DNA from: a candidate division WOR-3 bacterium
GTDB lineage: Bacteria; Hydrothermota; Hydrothermia; JBDRYB01
Direction: 5' to 3'
Assembly: GCA_049969615.1 (NCBI GenBank)
Contig: JBMFOM010000011.1
Span: 1 to 30,044, forward strand
DNA: 30,044 bases
Shown here: in pieces, positions 1 through 8,680 of the stretch
Numbering within the stretch: position 1 is the stretch's first letter
Layout: each line of letters begins with the position of its first letter
Notes under the pieces: model-generated
The model's database searches: none
What the model was told of the DNA's origin: nothing
The model's input: the letters and a program-made list of their open reading frames with translations, nothing else
Made by a program: the position numbers and the translations under genes

Positions 1-225
1 TGACCCATCCGGGCTTTCTCAAACCAGGGGGGTATGCTGAGAATCAAAAATGAGCACATCCGGGGAAAGGATCACTCAGGCTCACCCGATCCACCTTCAA
101 CCCCTCCTAAGATCGCTCAGTCTATCTTTGGAACACAGCCGTCGCAAAATATGAGGTCCATAAGAAACATAAAGACTTAGGACCATTGTCTCAGATCTGT
201 CCGGTCTTCCCAAATACAAAGATGT

Positions 226-254
226 TTGATCCAGCGCAGAAAGTGGGTTATAAT
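226..254 (+). promoter_or_regulatory. Sigma70-type promoter, probably leaderless transcript
   Basis: TTGATC(226-231)-N17-TATAAT(249-254)-N6-GTG(261); no SD sequence. Confidence 0.7.
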
Positions 255-260
255 TTCTGC

Positions 261-776
261 GTGCCTGTTATATTGCCGTTTGAGGGGCGTTTTCCGCGCG
301 TAGGCGAGGCTATTTTCATAGCCGAGACCGCGGCCATCACGGGCGATGTTGAACTGGCAACAGGAACCTCGGTTTGGTATGGTGCGGTTCTCAGGGGAGA
401 CACGAATATTATCAGGATTGGCGAGAATACCAACATACAGGACCTCTGCGTTCTGCATGGGGACGCCGACTGGCCGGTTATCATTGGAAAAAGGGTAACG
501 GTTGGCCACGGAGCTATAATCCACGGGTGCCAGATTGAGGATGACTGCCTTATAGGCATGGCATCAGTAATAATGAACGGTTGTGTGGTGGGGCCTGGAA
601 GCATAGTTGCCGGAGGAGCGGTCCTGGCACCCGGAACCAGGATACCGCCGAGGAGTCTTGTTGCCGGTGTCCCAGGAAAGGTTAAACGCGAGGTGACTCA
701 GGAGGAGATAGACGGCTTGATACGCCATTCCTGGGAGGTTTATTTGGAGCTGGCCAAACGGACCAGAAAGGGATAA
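261..776 (+). CDS. Gamma-class carbonic anhydrase / hexapeptide-repeat protein (YrdA/PaaY family)
   Basis: Left-handed beta-helix repeats with NIQDLCVLHG, GHGAIIHGC and LVAGVPGK motifs. Start moved from 186 to GTG 261, which lies 6 nt after TATAAT (249-254). Confidence 0.9.
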   Translation: MPVILPFEGRFPRVGEAIFIAETAAITGDVELATGTSVWYGAVLRGDTNIIRIGENTNIQDLCVLHGDADWPVIIGKRVTVGHGAIIHGCQIEDDCLIGMASVIMNGCVVGPGSIVAGGAVLAPGTRIPPRSLVAGVPGKVKREVTQEEIDGLIRHSWEVYLELAKRTRKG

Positions 777-782
777 TAAGAA

Positions 783-1868
783 GTGAGCGCCGTTTTTGCT
801 ATCTTGCTGCTTGGGGGTGGGGAAAGGATAACTCTTCCGCCAGTGATAGTCATGGTTCCCATCTCGGGGGAGATAGCGCCCCTGGGCGATGAGTTTCTCA
901 GGGGCTGGAGGATGGCCGTTGGAGAAGCGCTTGAATACGAGGTTGTGGACACCTATGGGTCTCCGGACTCGGTGCTCAAGGTCCTTGAGCTGGTGAGGGG
1001 TGCTGAAGGCACATCGTTGGTGGTGGGACCACTTCTGTCAATTACATCCTTGCCCGCGGCTGAGTTTGCCATGCGAAACAGGCTCCCCATTCTGCTTCCA
1101 ACAGCAACGGACCTCAGGCTTGGAACATTCGGAAGCTATGTTTTTCCGTTCAACTACAACCTGTTCCTTGAGACCGCTTATATCATGGAGGTCATGGGCG
1201 AGAGGATGGGCAAAACGGACTGGTTATTACTCTACCCAGACATGGCGGAGGAAAGGGCGGTGATCCAGTGGTTGATCTCGCAGAAGGATGAATTCGGCAT
1301 AAGCATACTTGATACAGTGGTCTATTCGGAGACAGACATGGTCTATGACGCCGTAGCGAAGGCTGTTGTCAACATGGGGCCAAAGGTAATATTCGCACCA
1401 TCTGGCTCAAGGGCATCCGCACTCCTTTTCCTTTCCCTGAGAAAACGCGGCTTGAAAAATCCCTTGCTGGGCCTTGACGGTTGGCTATCGCCAGAGGTCG
1501 CGGAGCTGGTTTCTGGAGCAATGGGTGGTCTTTATGTAGTCGGGCCCGATAGGGGTGATTTCATGGCCAGGGCACTGGCTCAGGCACAGAAAGAGGAGTT
1601 CGAGGAGCGATACAGACAGCAGTTTGGCTCCGCGCCATCAGCCGTCGCGGGAAAGGGTTATGACGCGGGAAACATAGCAAAAGAAGTCTGTTTTGACAGG
1701 CCGGACAGAGAAACTGTCAAACGCAGGCTCTTGCTCATGGGGGTCTATAGGGGGGCCACCGGTGACATCATGCTCTCGAAGGATCCCAGACTGCTGGCCC
1801 TCTATGTCCTGAAAAAGGGGGGATTTAAAAAGGAAGAGAACTATGGCAAAGAAAAAGGAAAACCTTGA
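783..1868 (+). CDS. Periplasmic binding protein type 1 (LivJ/LpoA-like ABC substrate-binding domain)
   Basis: Hydrophobic N-terminus; PISGEIAPLG, VVGPLLS, GYDAG and YRGATG motifs typical of branched-chain amino acid binding/LppC-like proteins. Confidence 0.7.
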   Translation: MSAVFAILLLGGGERITLPPVIVMVPISGEIAPLGDEFLRGWRMAVGEALEYEVVDTYGSPDSVLKVLELVRGAEGTSLVVGPLLSITSLPAAEFAMRNRLPILLPTATDLRLGTFGSYVFPFNYNLFLETAYIMEVMGERMGKTDWLLLYPDMAEERAVIQWLISQKDEFGISILDTVVYSETDMVYDAVAKAVVNMGPKVIFAPSGSRASALLFLSLRKRGLKNPLLGLDGWLSPEVAELVSGAMGGLYVVGPDRGDFMARALAQAQKEEFEERYRQQFGSAPSAVAGKGYDAGNIAKEVCFDRPDRETVKRRLLLMGVYRGATGDIMLSKDPRLLALYVLKKGGFKKEENYGKEKGKP

Positions 1869-2346
1869 GGAGCGGCTAAAGAAGGCCGCAAGGAATGAGG
1901 GAAAGAAACCCGAGGAACCCGGACTGAAGGTGCCATCAAAGGTCGCTGATGAACGGGCTGAAATCGGCAAGGTAAAGCTCAGGCGTCCCAGCCGGGCCAC
2001 CCAGGAACCCATCGTGAGGACAGAAACGCCTTTCGGCCCCCTTAACTGGTGGCTCCTCGCCGGCGGGGTGATCCTAGCGGCCGTGGGGTTCGTCTTTCTG
2101 TATTTCGGGGATACGATAATCTCAACAACACTCCTGGTCCTCGGATACTGTGTGGTCATACCGGTGGCCCTATTGATAAGCCCCAATGTCCTCAAGAGAA
2201 AACCGAAAGAGGAGATTGTGGCCCCGGAGAAAACCGATTCCGCGAGCAAGCCAGGTGCCCAACCAGGATCAGCAGTTCAGCCAGAGCCAGAGGCCAGGCC
2301 GGAGGTATCCGAGGGCGGGAAAAAGGAAGGGGAGACAAAAGGGTAA
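1843..2346 (+). CDS. Two-TM membrane protein, DUF3098-like core with charged disordered termini
   Basis: NWWLLAGGVILAAVGFVFL...LLVLGYCVVIPVALL hairpin; overlaps the upstream gene; purine-rich SD-like sequence. Confidence 0.65.
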   Translation: MAKKKENLEERLKKAARNEGKKPEEPGLKVPSKVADERAEIGKVKLRRPSRATQEPIVRTETPFGPLNWWLLAGGVILAAVGFVFLYFGDTIISTTLLVLGYCVVIPVALLISPNVLKRKPKEEIVAPEKTDSASKPGAQPGSAVQPEPEARPEVSEGGKKEGETKG

Positions 2347-2356
2347 GTTCCATAAC

Positions 2357-2420
2357 CTCTTCCAGCTATGATGAGGCTCCCGGATGGGGACCAAGGACAA
2401 ACTGAGATTTTTCAGAGGGT
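2357..2420 (+). repeat. Dispersed MITE-like repeat, copy 1 (3' half)
   Basis: CTCTTCCAGCTATGATGAGGCTCCCGGATGGGG..AAGGACAAACTGAGATTTTTCAG is near-identical to 27160-27220. Confidence 0.85.
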
Positions 2421-2473
2421 GCTGAAATTGTGTTTCAGATTCGTGTGCAGTCCGGGTCATATGCCACAATAGC

Positions 2474-2502
2474 TTGAAAAAGCCCGTTCCGTCCGGCATA
2501 AT
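2474..2502 (+). promoter_or_regulatory. Putative sigma70 promoter
   Basis: TTGAAA-N17-CATAAT, 9 nt before ATG 2512. Confidence 0.5.
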
Positions 2503-2511
2503 TTAAAACCT

Positions 2512-2994
2512 ATGGTGTTTATGATAATATCGCTTGTCCTCGCCGACACCAGCTCCGGCATATCCCTATCCCTTCCAGAGAATTGGGTTTCATCGGATCA
2601 AACCATGGCCCCTGGCCTCACCCTTACATGTGGCAAACTCAAGGCTGTCCTGCATTACCGATCCGTGATGGGCAACGGCTGGACCCAATTGGATGTCATA
2701 AGGGTCAACCAGGAAAAGACAAAGGAATTCATGGAGGCCTCGCGCTATTCAAAACAGGGTGCCATGGAGGAAATAGCGGCTGGTGGTGCGGTTCTCTACA
2801 GGTCATGGGCCTGCGCTATGAAGTCCGATGGGGATCATGTCATCTACATAATAACTGCAGGCTGGAGGATTGTGGAGCGCGGGACCGTGAACATGTTTAT
2901 GGAGATGAGAATTGAGCGCCCGGGCGCGTTAAAATTCAGTCAGGATGAGGAAGAGGCAATAGATCAGCTCCTCAGAGGATTTTCGTTTCAGTAA
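2512..2994 (+). CDS. Hypothetical exported protein
   Basis: 160-aa ORF with a short signal-like N-terminus (MVFMIISLVLA); own promoter; no family recognised. Confidence 0.6.
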   Translation: MVFMIISLVLADTSSGISLSLPENWVSSDQTMAPGLTLTCGKLKAVLHYRSVMGNGWTQLDVIRVNQEKTKEFMEASRYSKQGAMEEIAAGGAVLYRSWACAMKSDGDHVIYIITAGWRIVERGTVNMFMEMRIERPGALKFSQDEEEAIDQLLRGFSFQ

Positions 2995-3029
2995 GTTGTG
3001 GCCTATCTCTTGCGTAGGATCAAATATTT

Positions 3030-3083
3030 GAAACCACCGAAAATCCCGGTTTGCCCTTCATCTCCGATCCGGGAGCCTCATCA
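3030..3083 (-). repeat. Dispersed MITE-like repeat, copy 2 (3' half, diverged)
   Basis: Reverse complement reads TGATGAGGCTCCCGGAT..GGGCAAACCGGGATTTTCGGTGGTTTC, starting 3 nt after the galT stop. Confidence 0.8.
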
Positions 3084-3086
3084 AGC

Positions 3087-3938
3087 CTATCCGGATAACT
3101 CAGCCAATGCCCTGCCCAATTCCTCCGCGGCACTTTCGGGTGCTACCGAGAGGATGTGGCAACCAGTATCCAGCTCAAAACCCGCCATGAAACCCGTCCT
3201 GGGGATTATCTCCGCGCGCCAGTGCCAGTTGCCGGGCATGGTCTTTATTATCAGGTTGTAGTCAGGATCAGATAGGATCACCCTGATCCCGGCGAGCACC
3301 TTTTTCAAAACACTCGCGAGACAAATTGTCTCCTCAGGCAAATTCCCCTGGTGATCAATTGGTATTATCCACACCTCGTAGGGGAACCTGGAAACCTCCG
3401 GGCAAAAGGCAACCAGTCCACCCTCTTCGTGGAACCTGTGGCTTGACCGCGCTATTTCTTCAATCGGGCAGATCCCTTTCCGATAGAACGATATTTCCCT
3501 TTCAATTGTGGGTGGCACGAACGGAAGGCCAATAAGCTGGGTGTGAATGTGTTTGCGTGATGCGCCGGCAGTCATACCGTGATTGTGAAAAAGGCTTACA
3601 TATCTTATTTCTTCAATAGAATAAGCATTTTCAACGCGTTCCCTCCAGACAGCAATTGTTGCGGCGAGGTCTTGGTCCGGCAGGTCGGCAAGCGAGACCC
3701 CGTGGATGGGCGAGTCAACTATTACCTCGTGGCAATCTGTTGCCGGATATTTGTTCGGGAACACCCTGACCCTCCACGGGTCTTCAACCTTGGTTATCTC
3801 AGGCGGAGTCATTGCCTCGTTCCCGTGGCAGAAGGGACACAGGCCTTCTGCCCCGGCGAAGTCCAGGGGCCTTTCCCCACGCTTTTCCGCTAGGATGGAG
3901 CAAAGTTCCCTCATGCGATCCCAGCGAAACTCACTCAC
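3087..3938 (-). CDS. galT: Galactose-1-phosphate uridylyltransferase (GalT family, HIT superfamily)
   Basis: CPFC, RVFPNKYP, HEVIVDSP and GASRKHIHTQ (HxH). GTG 3938 gives the family-typical N-terminus MSEFRWD, 6 nt after TATAAT (3950-3945). Confidence 0.85.
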   Translation of the reverse strand: MSEFRWDRMRELCSILAEKRGERPLDFAGAEGLCPFCHGNEAMTPPEITKVEDPWRVRVFPNKYPATDCHEVIVDSPIHGVSLADLPDQDLAATIAVWRERVENAYSIEEIRYVSLFHNHGMTAGASRKHIHTQLIGLPFVPPTIEREISFYRKGICPIEEIARSSHRFHEEGGLVAFCPEVSRFPYEVWIIPIDHQGNLPEETICLASVLKKVLAGIRVILSDPDYNLIIKTMPGNWHWRAEIIPRTGFMAGFELDTGCHILSVAPESAAEELGRALAELSG

Positions 3939-4035
3939 AGCCATATTATATAGGGTAGGCCGTGGTATTTGCACTAAGAGTGGAGTTGTTGCGGGATAAG
4001 GCCCGGATTTAAGCTATTCACTCCGGAGGAATGTC

Positions 4036-5208
4036 ATGGCTTATAAGGCCCTTGATTTCTTTAACATGGATGCCCTCCTGTCTGAAGAGGAGCGGATGAT
4101 CAGGGACACCGCGAGGGAATTCACTGAGCGCGAGGTTCTACCCATAATAGCTGAGTGCTGGGAGGAGGCCCGTTTCCCCAGAGAGATAATTCCGAAGATG
4201 GCCGAGCTCGGGTTTCTCGGCCCGTTTATTCCGGAAGAATACGGAGGCGTGGGCGCGAGCTACACGGTCTATGGGCTTATCTGTCAGGAACTTGAGCGTG
4301 GGGATTCCGGCGTTCGCTCTTTCGGGTCGGTCCAGGGGAGCCTGGTGATGTATCCCATCTGGAAGTTTGGATCTGAGGAACAAAAGAAAACCTATTTGCC
4401 CAGGCTCGCTTCTGGCGAGATAGTAGGTTGTTTCGGCCTAACAGAGCCGGACGCCGGCTCTGACCCCGGTTCCATGAAGACTCACTGCAAGAGGGATGGT
4501 GATGGCTGGATTCTCTCCGGCAACAAGATGTGGATCACCAACGGCACCATAGCGGATATAGCGGTTGTCTGGGCAAAGGACGAAGAGGGGCGAATAAGGG
4601 GTTTTATAGTGCACAAGGATGACCCAGGCTTTTCCGCGCCTGAGCAGAAGCACAAGGTCTCGCTTCGCGCCTCAGTGACATCAGAGCTCGTTCTTGACGA
4701 TGTGAGGCTCCCGGCAGAACGAGAGCTCCCGAATACCGAGGGCTTGAAATCTCCCCTCATGTGTTTGACCTCAGCTAGATACGGCATAGCTTGGGGAGCG
4801 GTTGGTGTTGCCCAGGCTGTGTTTGATGAGGCCCTCAGATACAGCCTTGAGCGTGTCCAATTCGGAAGGCCAATAGCCTCTTTCCAGCTGACCCAGAGAA
4901 AGCTCGCGGACATGGCCACCGAGATAACCAAGGCCCAGATGCTCGTTTATCATCTGGGCAGGCTCGCGGATAGGGGTGAGATGAAGTTTTATCATGTGTC
5001 CATGGCCAAAAGAAACAATGTGGCCATTGCCCTGGAGTGCGCGAGGGAGGCCCGCGCTATCCTCGGCGCCAACGGCATATCTCTTGAATACCAGGCCATA
5101 AGACACATGTGCAACATGGAATCTGTCCATACCTATGAGGGAACATACGAGGTTCACACCCTGATACTGGGAGAAGCCCTTACCGGAATACCTGCTTACA
5201 GGGGCTAG
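4036..5208 (+). CDS. gcdH: Acyl-CoA dehydrogenase, glutaryl-CoA dehydrogenase type
   Basis: SVQGSLVMYPI, GCFGLTEPDAGSDP, RVQFGRPIA, LGANGI and TYEGT motifs; SD GGAGG. Confidence 0.85.
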   Translation: MAYKALDFFNMDALLSEEERMIRDTAREFTEREVLPIIAECWEEARFPREIIPKMAELGFLGPFIPEEYGGVGASYTVYGLICQELERGDSGVRSFGSVQGSLVMYPIWKFGSEEQKKTYLPRLASGEIVGCFGLTEPDAGSDPGSMKTHCKRDGDGWILSGNKMWITNGTIADIAVVWAKDEEGRIRGFIVHKDDPGFSAPEQKHKVSLRASVTSELVLDDVRLPAERELPNTEGLKSPLMCLTSARYGIAWGAVGVAQAVFDEALRYSLERVQFGRPIASFQLTQRKLADMATEITKAQMLVYHLGRLADRGEMKFYHVSMAKRNNVAIALECAREARAILGANGISLEYQAIRHMCNMESVHTYEGTYEVHTLILGEALTGIPAYRG

Positions 5209-5314
5209 ATGCCTCTTGGACTGTAAAAACCCTTCCTAGACAGGCTTTGGAGGAGGAGCTGTTCTGCGCTGGGTCTCCGGGGATGGGCCGGCTTGGTTTT
5301 GCCCGCAGGGGTGT

Positions 5315-6247
5315 CTATTTCCTTCTGAACCACAGGGGCGCGATTCCTGTAGCCGTTGGAACCAAGCAAACCGCAAAATATGTCAGGGACAGCGCTATAC
5401 ACGCCTCGTCTGGCATATATGGCCTGAACAGAAACAAAAATGCCCCCTCCCTGACACCGAAGCCGCTCACTGATACTGGAAGCATTGCGAGGAGGTTAAC
5501 CGTTGGCACGAAGATAATGGATGTCCAAATGGGCGGCCAGTAGCCGAGCGCCCCCGCGACCAGGTGGCCTATTAGCGCGAAAACTACTTGCAAGGCGAAC
5601 GCGAGAAAAAAGGTGGTGAATAGGAGACACGGTTTTTTCCCGTAGAAATGAAACGCTTTCAGGAAGCTCATTGCCCTTTCCCCAAGTCTTAGCCACCTCA
5701 GCCGACCGATTGTCTTTTCTGCGATTGAAATAAAGGGGTCAGTAAATGCCATGATTGTCCCAGCCAAGAGCAGTAGGGCGAGGATCGCGACAGGAATCCT
5801 CAGATTAGAATGGACCCAGACCGCGGCCAAAGCGGTGAATGCCAGGATTATAAAACCGGTTAATCTGTCAGCGACTATCGACGCGGAGACTTTTGCCAGT
5901 TCACCGTGTTGCCTGACGACCCAGGCCCCTCGGACAACATCAACGCCAGCGCCAGCGGGCAGGAAGTTGCCGATGAAAAGCCCGGCAAACATTGCCCATA
6001 GGGTATCCGGGAGCGAGACCCTGAGACCGTGCGCGCGCATGAACAGGTGCCACCGGAACCCAGCGAGGATGTAACCACAGAACGCGATCAACATGCACGC
6101 GACGAGAAACCAGATGTTTGCTTCCCTCAATTCTCCCAGCACCCTCGCCGGGTTAACCTTCCATAGGATAAGAGCAAGGATGCCGCCAGAGATTGCCAGG
6201 CGGAGGACTGTATCAAGGGCTTTTCTTGTTTTCGCTTTCGCTGACAG
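5315..6247 (-). CDS. Lysylphosphatidylglycerol synthase TM-domain / UPF0104 flippase-like membrane protein
   Basis: RW, GNFLPAGAGVDVVR, DR and LPVSVSGFGVRE motifs; multi-TM. Start uncertain: GTG 6283 or CTG 6247. Confidence 0.8.
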   Translation of the reverse strand: MSAKAKTRKALDTVLRLAISGGILALILWKVNPARVLGELREANIWFLVACMLIAFCGYILAGFRWHLFMRAHGLRVSLPDTLWAMFAGLFIGNFLPAGAGVDVVRGAWVVRQHGELAKVSASIVADRLTGFIILAFTALAAVWVHSNLRIPVAILALLLLAGTIMAFTDPFISIAEKTIGRLRWLRLGERAMSFLKAFHFYGKKPCLLFTTFFLAFALQVVFALIGHLVAGALGYWPPIWTSIIFVPTVNLLAMLPVSVSGFGVREGAFLFLFRPYMPDEACIALSLTYFAVCLVPTATGIAPLWFRRK

Positions 6248-6326
6248 ACCGAAATTATATCGGGTGGACCTGGGTGATTGCACCCATGGCTAGTTGCCTC
6301 GCACCTACCCTTCTCGGCTGGGGTTT

Positions 6327-6764
6327 TTATTTGCCCTCGTATCCGAATATCTTTCGGACCCGCCTCTCGTGCCTCCCTCCCTCAAACGGGGTTTCAAGGA
6401 AGACCTTGACCATTTCCCGGACTTCATCCGGGGACGTTTCGGCCGAGAGGGTCATTATGTTGGCGTTGTTGTGGCGCCTGCATATCTCCGCGTCCCGGAC
6501 AGAACAACACCTCGCCGCTATGATCCCCTTAACCTTGTTGGCCGCTACGGACATTCCTATGCCGGTTCCGCAAACGAGGATTCCCCTCTCGCATTTTCTG
6601 GACGAGACGGCCTCCGCGGCCACAAGGGCAAAATCCGGGTAATCCGATGGTTCGGAATCATCGGCCCCGAAATCAACGGGGTCGTGGCCCAGATCATCCA
6701 CTAAGGCCTTGATCCTTTCTTTCAGAAAGAAGCCTCGGTGGTCAGCCGCGAGAGCAACCCGCAT
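6327..6764 (-). CDS. rpiB: Ribose-5-phosphate isomerase B
   Basis: ADHRG, SDYPDFA, CGTGIGMSVAANKVKGI, HNNAN and FEGGRHERRV motifs. Confidence 0.95.
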   Translation of the reverse strand: MRVALAADHRGFFLKERIKALVDDLGHDPVDFGADDSEPSDYPDFALVAAEAVSSRKCERGILVCGTGIGMSVAANKVKGIIAARCCSVRDAEICRRHNNANIMTLSAETSPDEVREMVKVFLETPFEGGRHERRVRKIFGYEGK

Positions 6765-6810
6765 AGTTGTTCATCGGGGTGGGCCTTATCCCTGCCCTGA
6801 TGGACAGAGA

Positions 6811-6914
6811 CTCATCGTACACATAGCAGTGCCAGCCGAACCTATCCGTCACCTGGCCCCACGCCATCTCTGTTTTCCTCATCGTACACATAGCAGTGCC
6901 AGCCGAACCTATCC
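6811..6914. repeat. Perfect 37-bp direct repeat duplicating the ilvE 3' end
   Basis: CTCATCGTACACATAGCAGTGCCAGCCGAACCTATCC at 6811-6847 and 6878-6914, separated by 30 bp. Confidence 0.95.
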
Positions 6915-7852
6915 TCAGCCTTGCCTTCTATGATGTCAAAGAAGGCCTCCTGTATCTTTTGGGTGATTGGCCCGCGCTTGCCCTGGCCGATGGTTATACC
7001 ATCAACCGATCTTATCGGTGTTATCTCCGCGGCCGTGCCGGTAAAGAACGCCTCGTCAGCTATGTAGAGCATCTCCCTGGGCAAAAGATCCTCCCTGACC
7101 TCTATGTCCATCTCCTTTGCCAGGGTTATCACACAGTTCCTCGTTATACCTGGGAGGATCATTGAGCCTATGCAGGGAGTCCAGAGAACACCATCAAGCA
7201 CGATGAAGAGGTTCTCGCCTGAGCCCTCGGAGATGAAGCCAAATGGGTTGAGCGCTATTCCTTCCTCGTAGTTCTCCCGGACCGCATCCATCTTTGAGAG
7301 CGCGCTGTTCGCGTAGTTGGCGGTGCACTTTGCCATGGAAGGGAAGGTGTTGGGGGCCATCCTCTGCCAGGATGAGATCTTCACATCAACGCCATTCTCA
7401 AGGGCCCCGGGCCCGAGGTATATTCCCCATTTCCAGGTCGCGATAAAGGTCTCAACCGGGCATTGGAACGGGTTGACGCCCAGGGTGCGATAGCCCCTGT
7501 AGATAACGGGCCTTATATACCAGGCAGTTTTGTCCTCCTTCAGTTTGGGATCCGCGGCCTCGTTTTTTCTTATGAGCTCCTTGGCTATCTCAACCAGGTT
7601 CTCAGCCGTGTATTTGACCTCCATCCTGTATATCTTGGCAGACCTGATGATACGCTTGAAGTGGTCAATTGCCCTGAAGATGGATGGACCTTTTGGGGTC
7701 ATGTAGGCCCTTATGCCTTCAAATACGCCGGTGCCGTAGTGGAGGGCATGGGTCAGGACATGAACTTTGGCATCCTCCCAGGCCACGAACTCGCCATTCA
7801 TCCAGATATAAGTTGTTGCGGGAATTGCGCTAGGTTTTGTTGATTCCGACAT
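6842..7852 (-). CDS. ilvE: Branched-chain amino acid aminotransferase
   Basis: HALHYGTGVFEGIRAY, EGSGENLF, LPGITR and TGTAAEITPI motifs; SD GAGGAGG. Confidence 0.95.
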   Translation of the reverse strand: MSESTKPSAIPATTYIWMNGEFVAWEDAKVHVLTHALHYGTGVFEGIRAYMTPKGPSIFRAIDHFKRIIRSAKIYRMEVKYTAENLVEIAKELIRKNEAADPKLKEDKTAWYIRPVIYRGYRTLGVNPFQCPVETFIATWKWGIYLGPGALENGVDVKISSWQRMAPNTFPSMAKCTANYANSALSKMDAVRENYEEGIALNPFGFISEGSGENLFIVLDGVLWTPCIGSMILPGITRNCVITLAKEMDIEVREDLLPREMLYIADEAFFTGTAAEITPIRSVDGITIGQGKRGPITQKIQEAFFDIIEGKAEDRFGWHCYVYDEENRDGVGPGDG

Positions 7853-7876
7853 GTTACCTCCTCAAAGGGAGAGCTA

Positions 7877-7906
7877 ATTATAAACCTGTCCAAGAGGTCC
7901 AGGCAA
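7877..7906 (-). promoter_or_regulatory. ilvE promoter
   Basis: TTGCCT-N18-TATAAT followed by SD GAGGAGG. Confidence 0.65.
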
Positions 7907-7921
7907 CTTTGGATCCTACGT

Positions 7922-7951
7922 TTGAAACTAACTCCAGGCTTGCTCTATATT
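7922..7951 (+). promoter_or_regulatory. Nitroreductase promoter, leaderless
   Basis: TTGAAA-N18-TATATT-N6-ATG(7958). Confidence 0.55.
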
Positions 7952-7957
7952 ATCTTC

Positions 7958-8629
7958 ATGAATTTTTCGTCGCCTATTGCTAATTGGAGGAGTATAAGGC
8001 GTTTCAGGCCCGAGTCCGTTCCAGATGAAATAATCGGCAGGCTTCTGGAATCTGCCAGTAGGGCCCCAAGCTGGGAGAACCTTCAGCCATGGCGGTTTAT
8101 CGTGATCACTGATCCGGGGATCAAGGAAAAACTCTGCGCGCTCTCGTTCAAACAGAAGGCCATCCTGAGGGCGCCGGTTGTGATTGCCTGTTGTGGGGAC
8201 ACATCCGCATGGGAGAGGGATTCCCAACGAAAATCCCTAATGGAGCTCAGGGAGTCCGGCGTGGTTGCCGCTTCCGACAATGTCATAGAGAACCTTTTTC
8301 TCTCAACGAGAAGCTTTGCTCCGAACCTATGCGGTCAGCCAGTAGTTTTGGCGAGGACATTTGAGGCTGTCTCCTACGCCATTGCCTTCATGCTAATTGA
8401 GGCCGTGAACCAAGGCCTGGGTGCCTGTGTTATTGGCGCTTTCGGCAACGAAATAACCCAGGACAAGATTGAGGATTACATGAAACTCAAGCAAGAGCTT
8501 GGGGTTCCGGATTTATGCATCCTGCTCGCGCTCGTGTGCCTGGGATACCCGGATGAATCGCCGGGCCCGAGGCCCAGGAAGCCCCTTTCGGAGATAGCGT
8601 TCAGGGAGAGATGGGGACAGGCTTTCTGA
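7958..8629 (+). CDS. Nitroreductase family protein
   Basis: RSIRRF, APSWENLQPWRFIVI, GLGACVIG, LGYP and RPRKPL motifs. Confidence 0.9.
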   Translation: MNFSSPIANWRSIRRFRPESVPDEIIGRLLESASRAPSWENLQPWRFIVITDPGIKEKLCALSFKQKAILRAPVVIACCGDTSAWERDSQRKSLMELRESGVVAASDNVIENLFLSTRSFAPNLCGQPVVLARTFEAVSYAIAFMLIEAVNQGLGACVIGAFGNEITQDKIEDYMKLKQELGVPDLCILLALVCLGYPDESPGPRPRKPLSEIAFRERWGQAF

Positions 8630-8680
8630 TTCCATTTTCCACGGGTCAGAGCGAAGCTTTCCAGGTAAAACCGCAAGGGA

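Noticed and set aside
1-180. Fifth copy of the dispersed repeat (CCCATCCGGG at 4-13)
   Set aside because: Only ~10 bp match and truncated by the window edge
6811-6914. 37-bp repeat / 30-bp spacer geometry resembling a minimal CRISPR array
   Set aside because: Only two units; the repeat is ilvE coding sequence; not palindromic; no cas genes or leader
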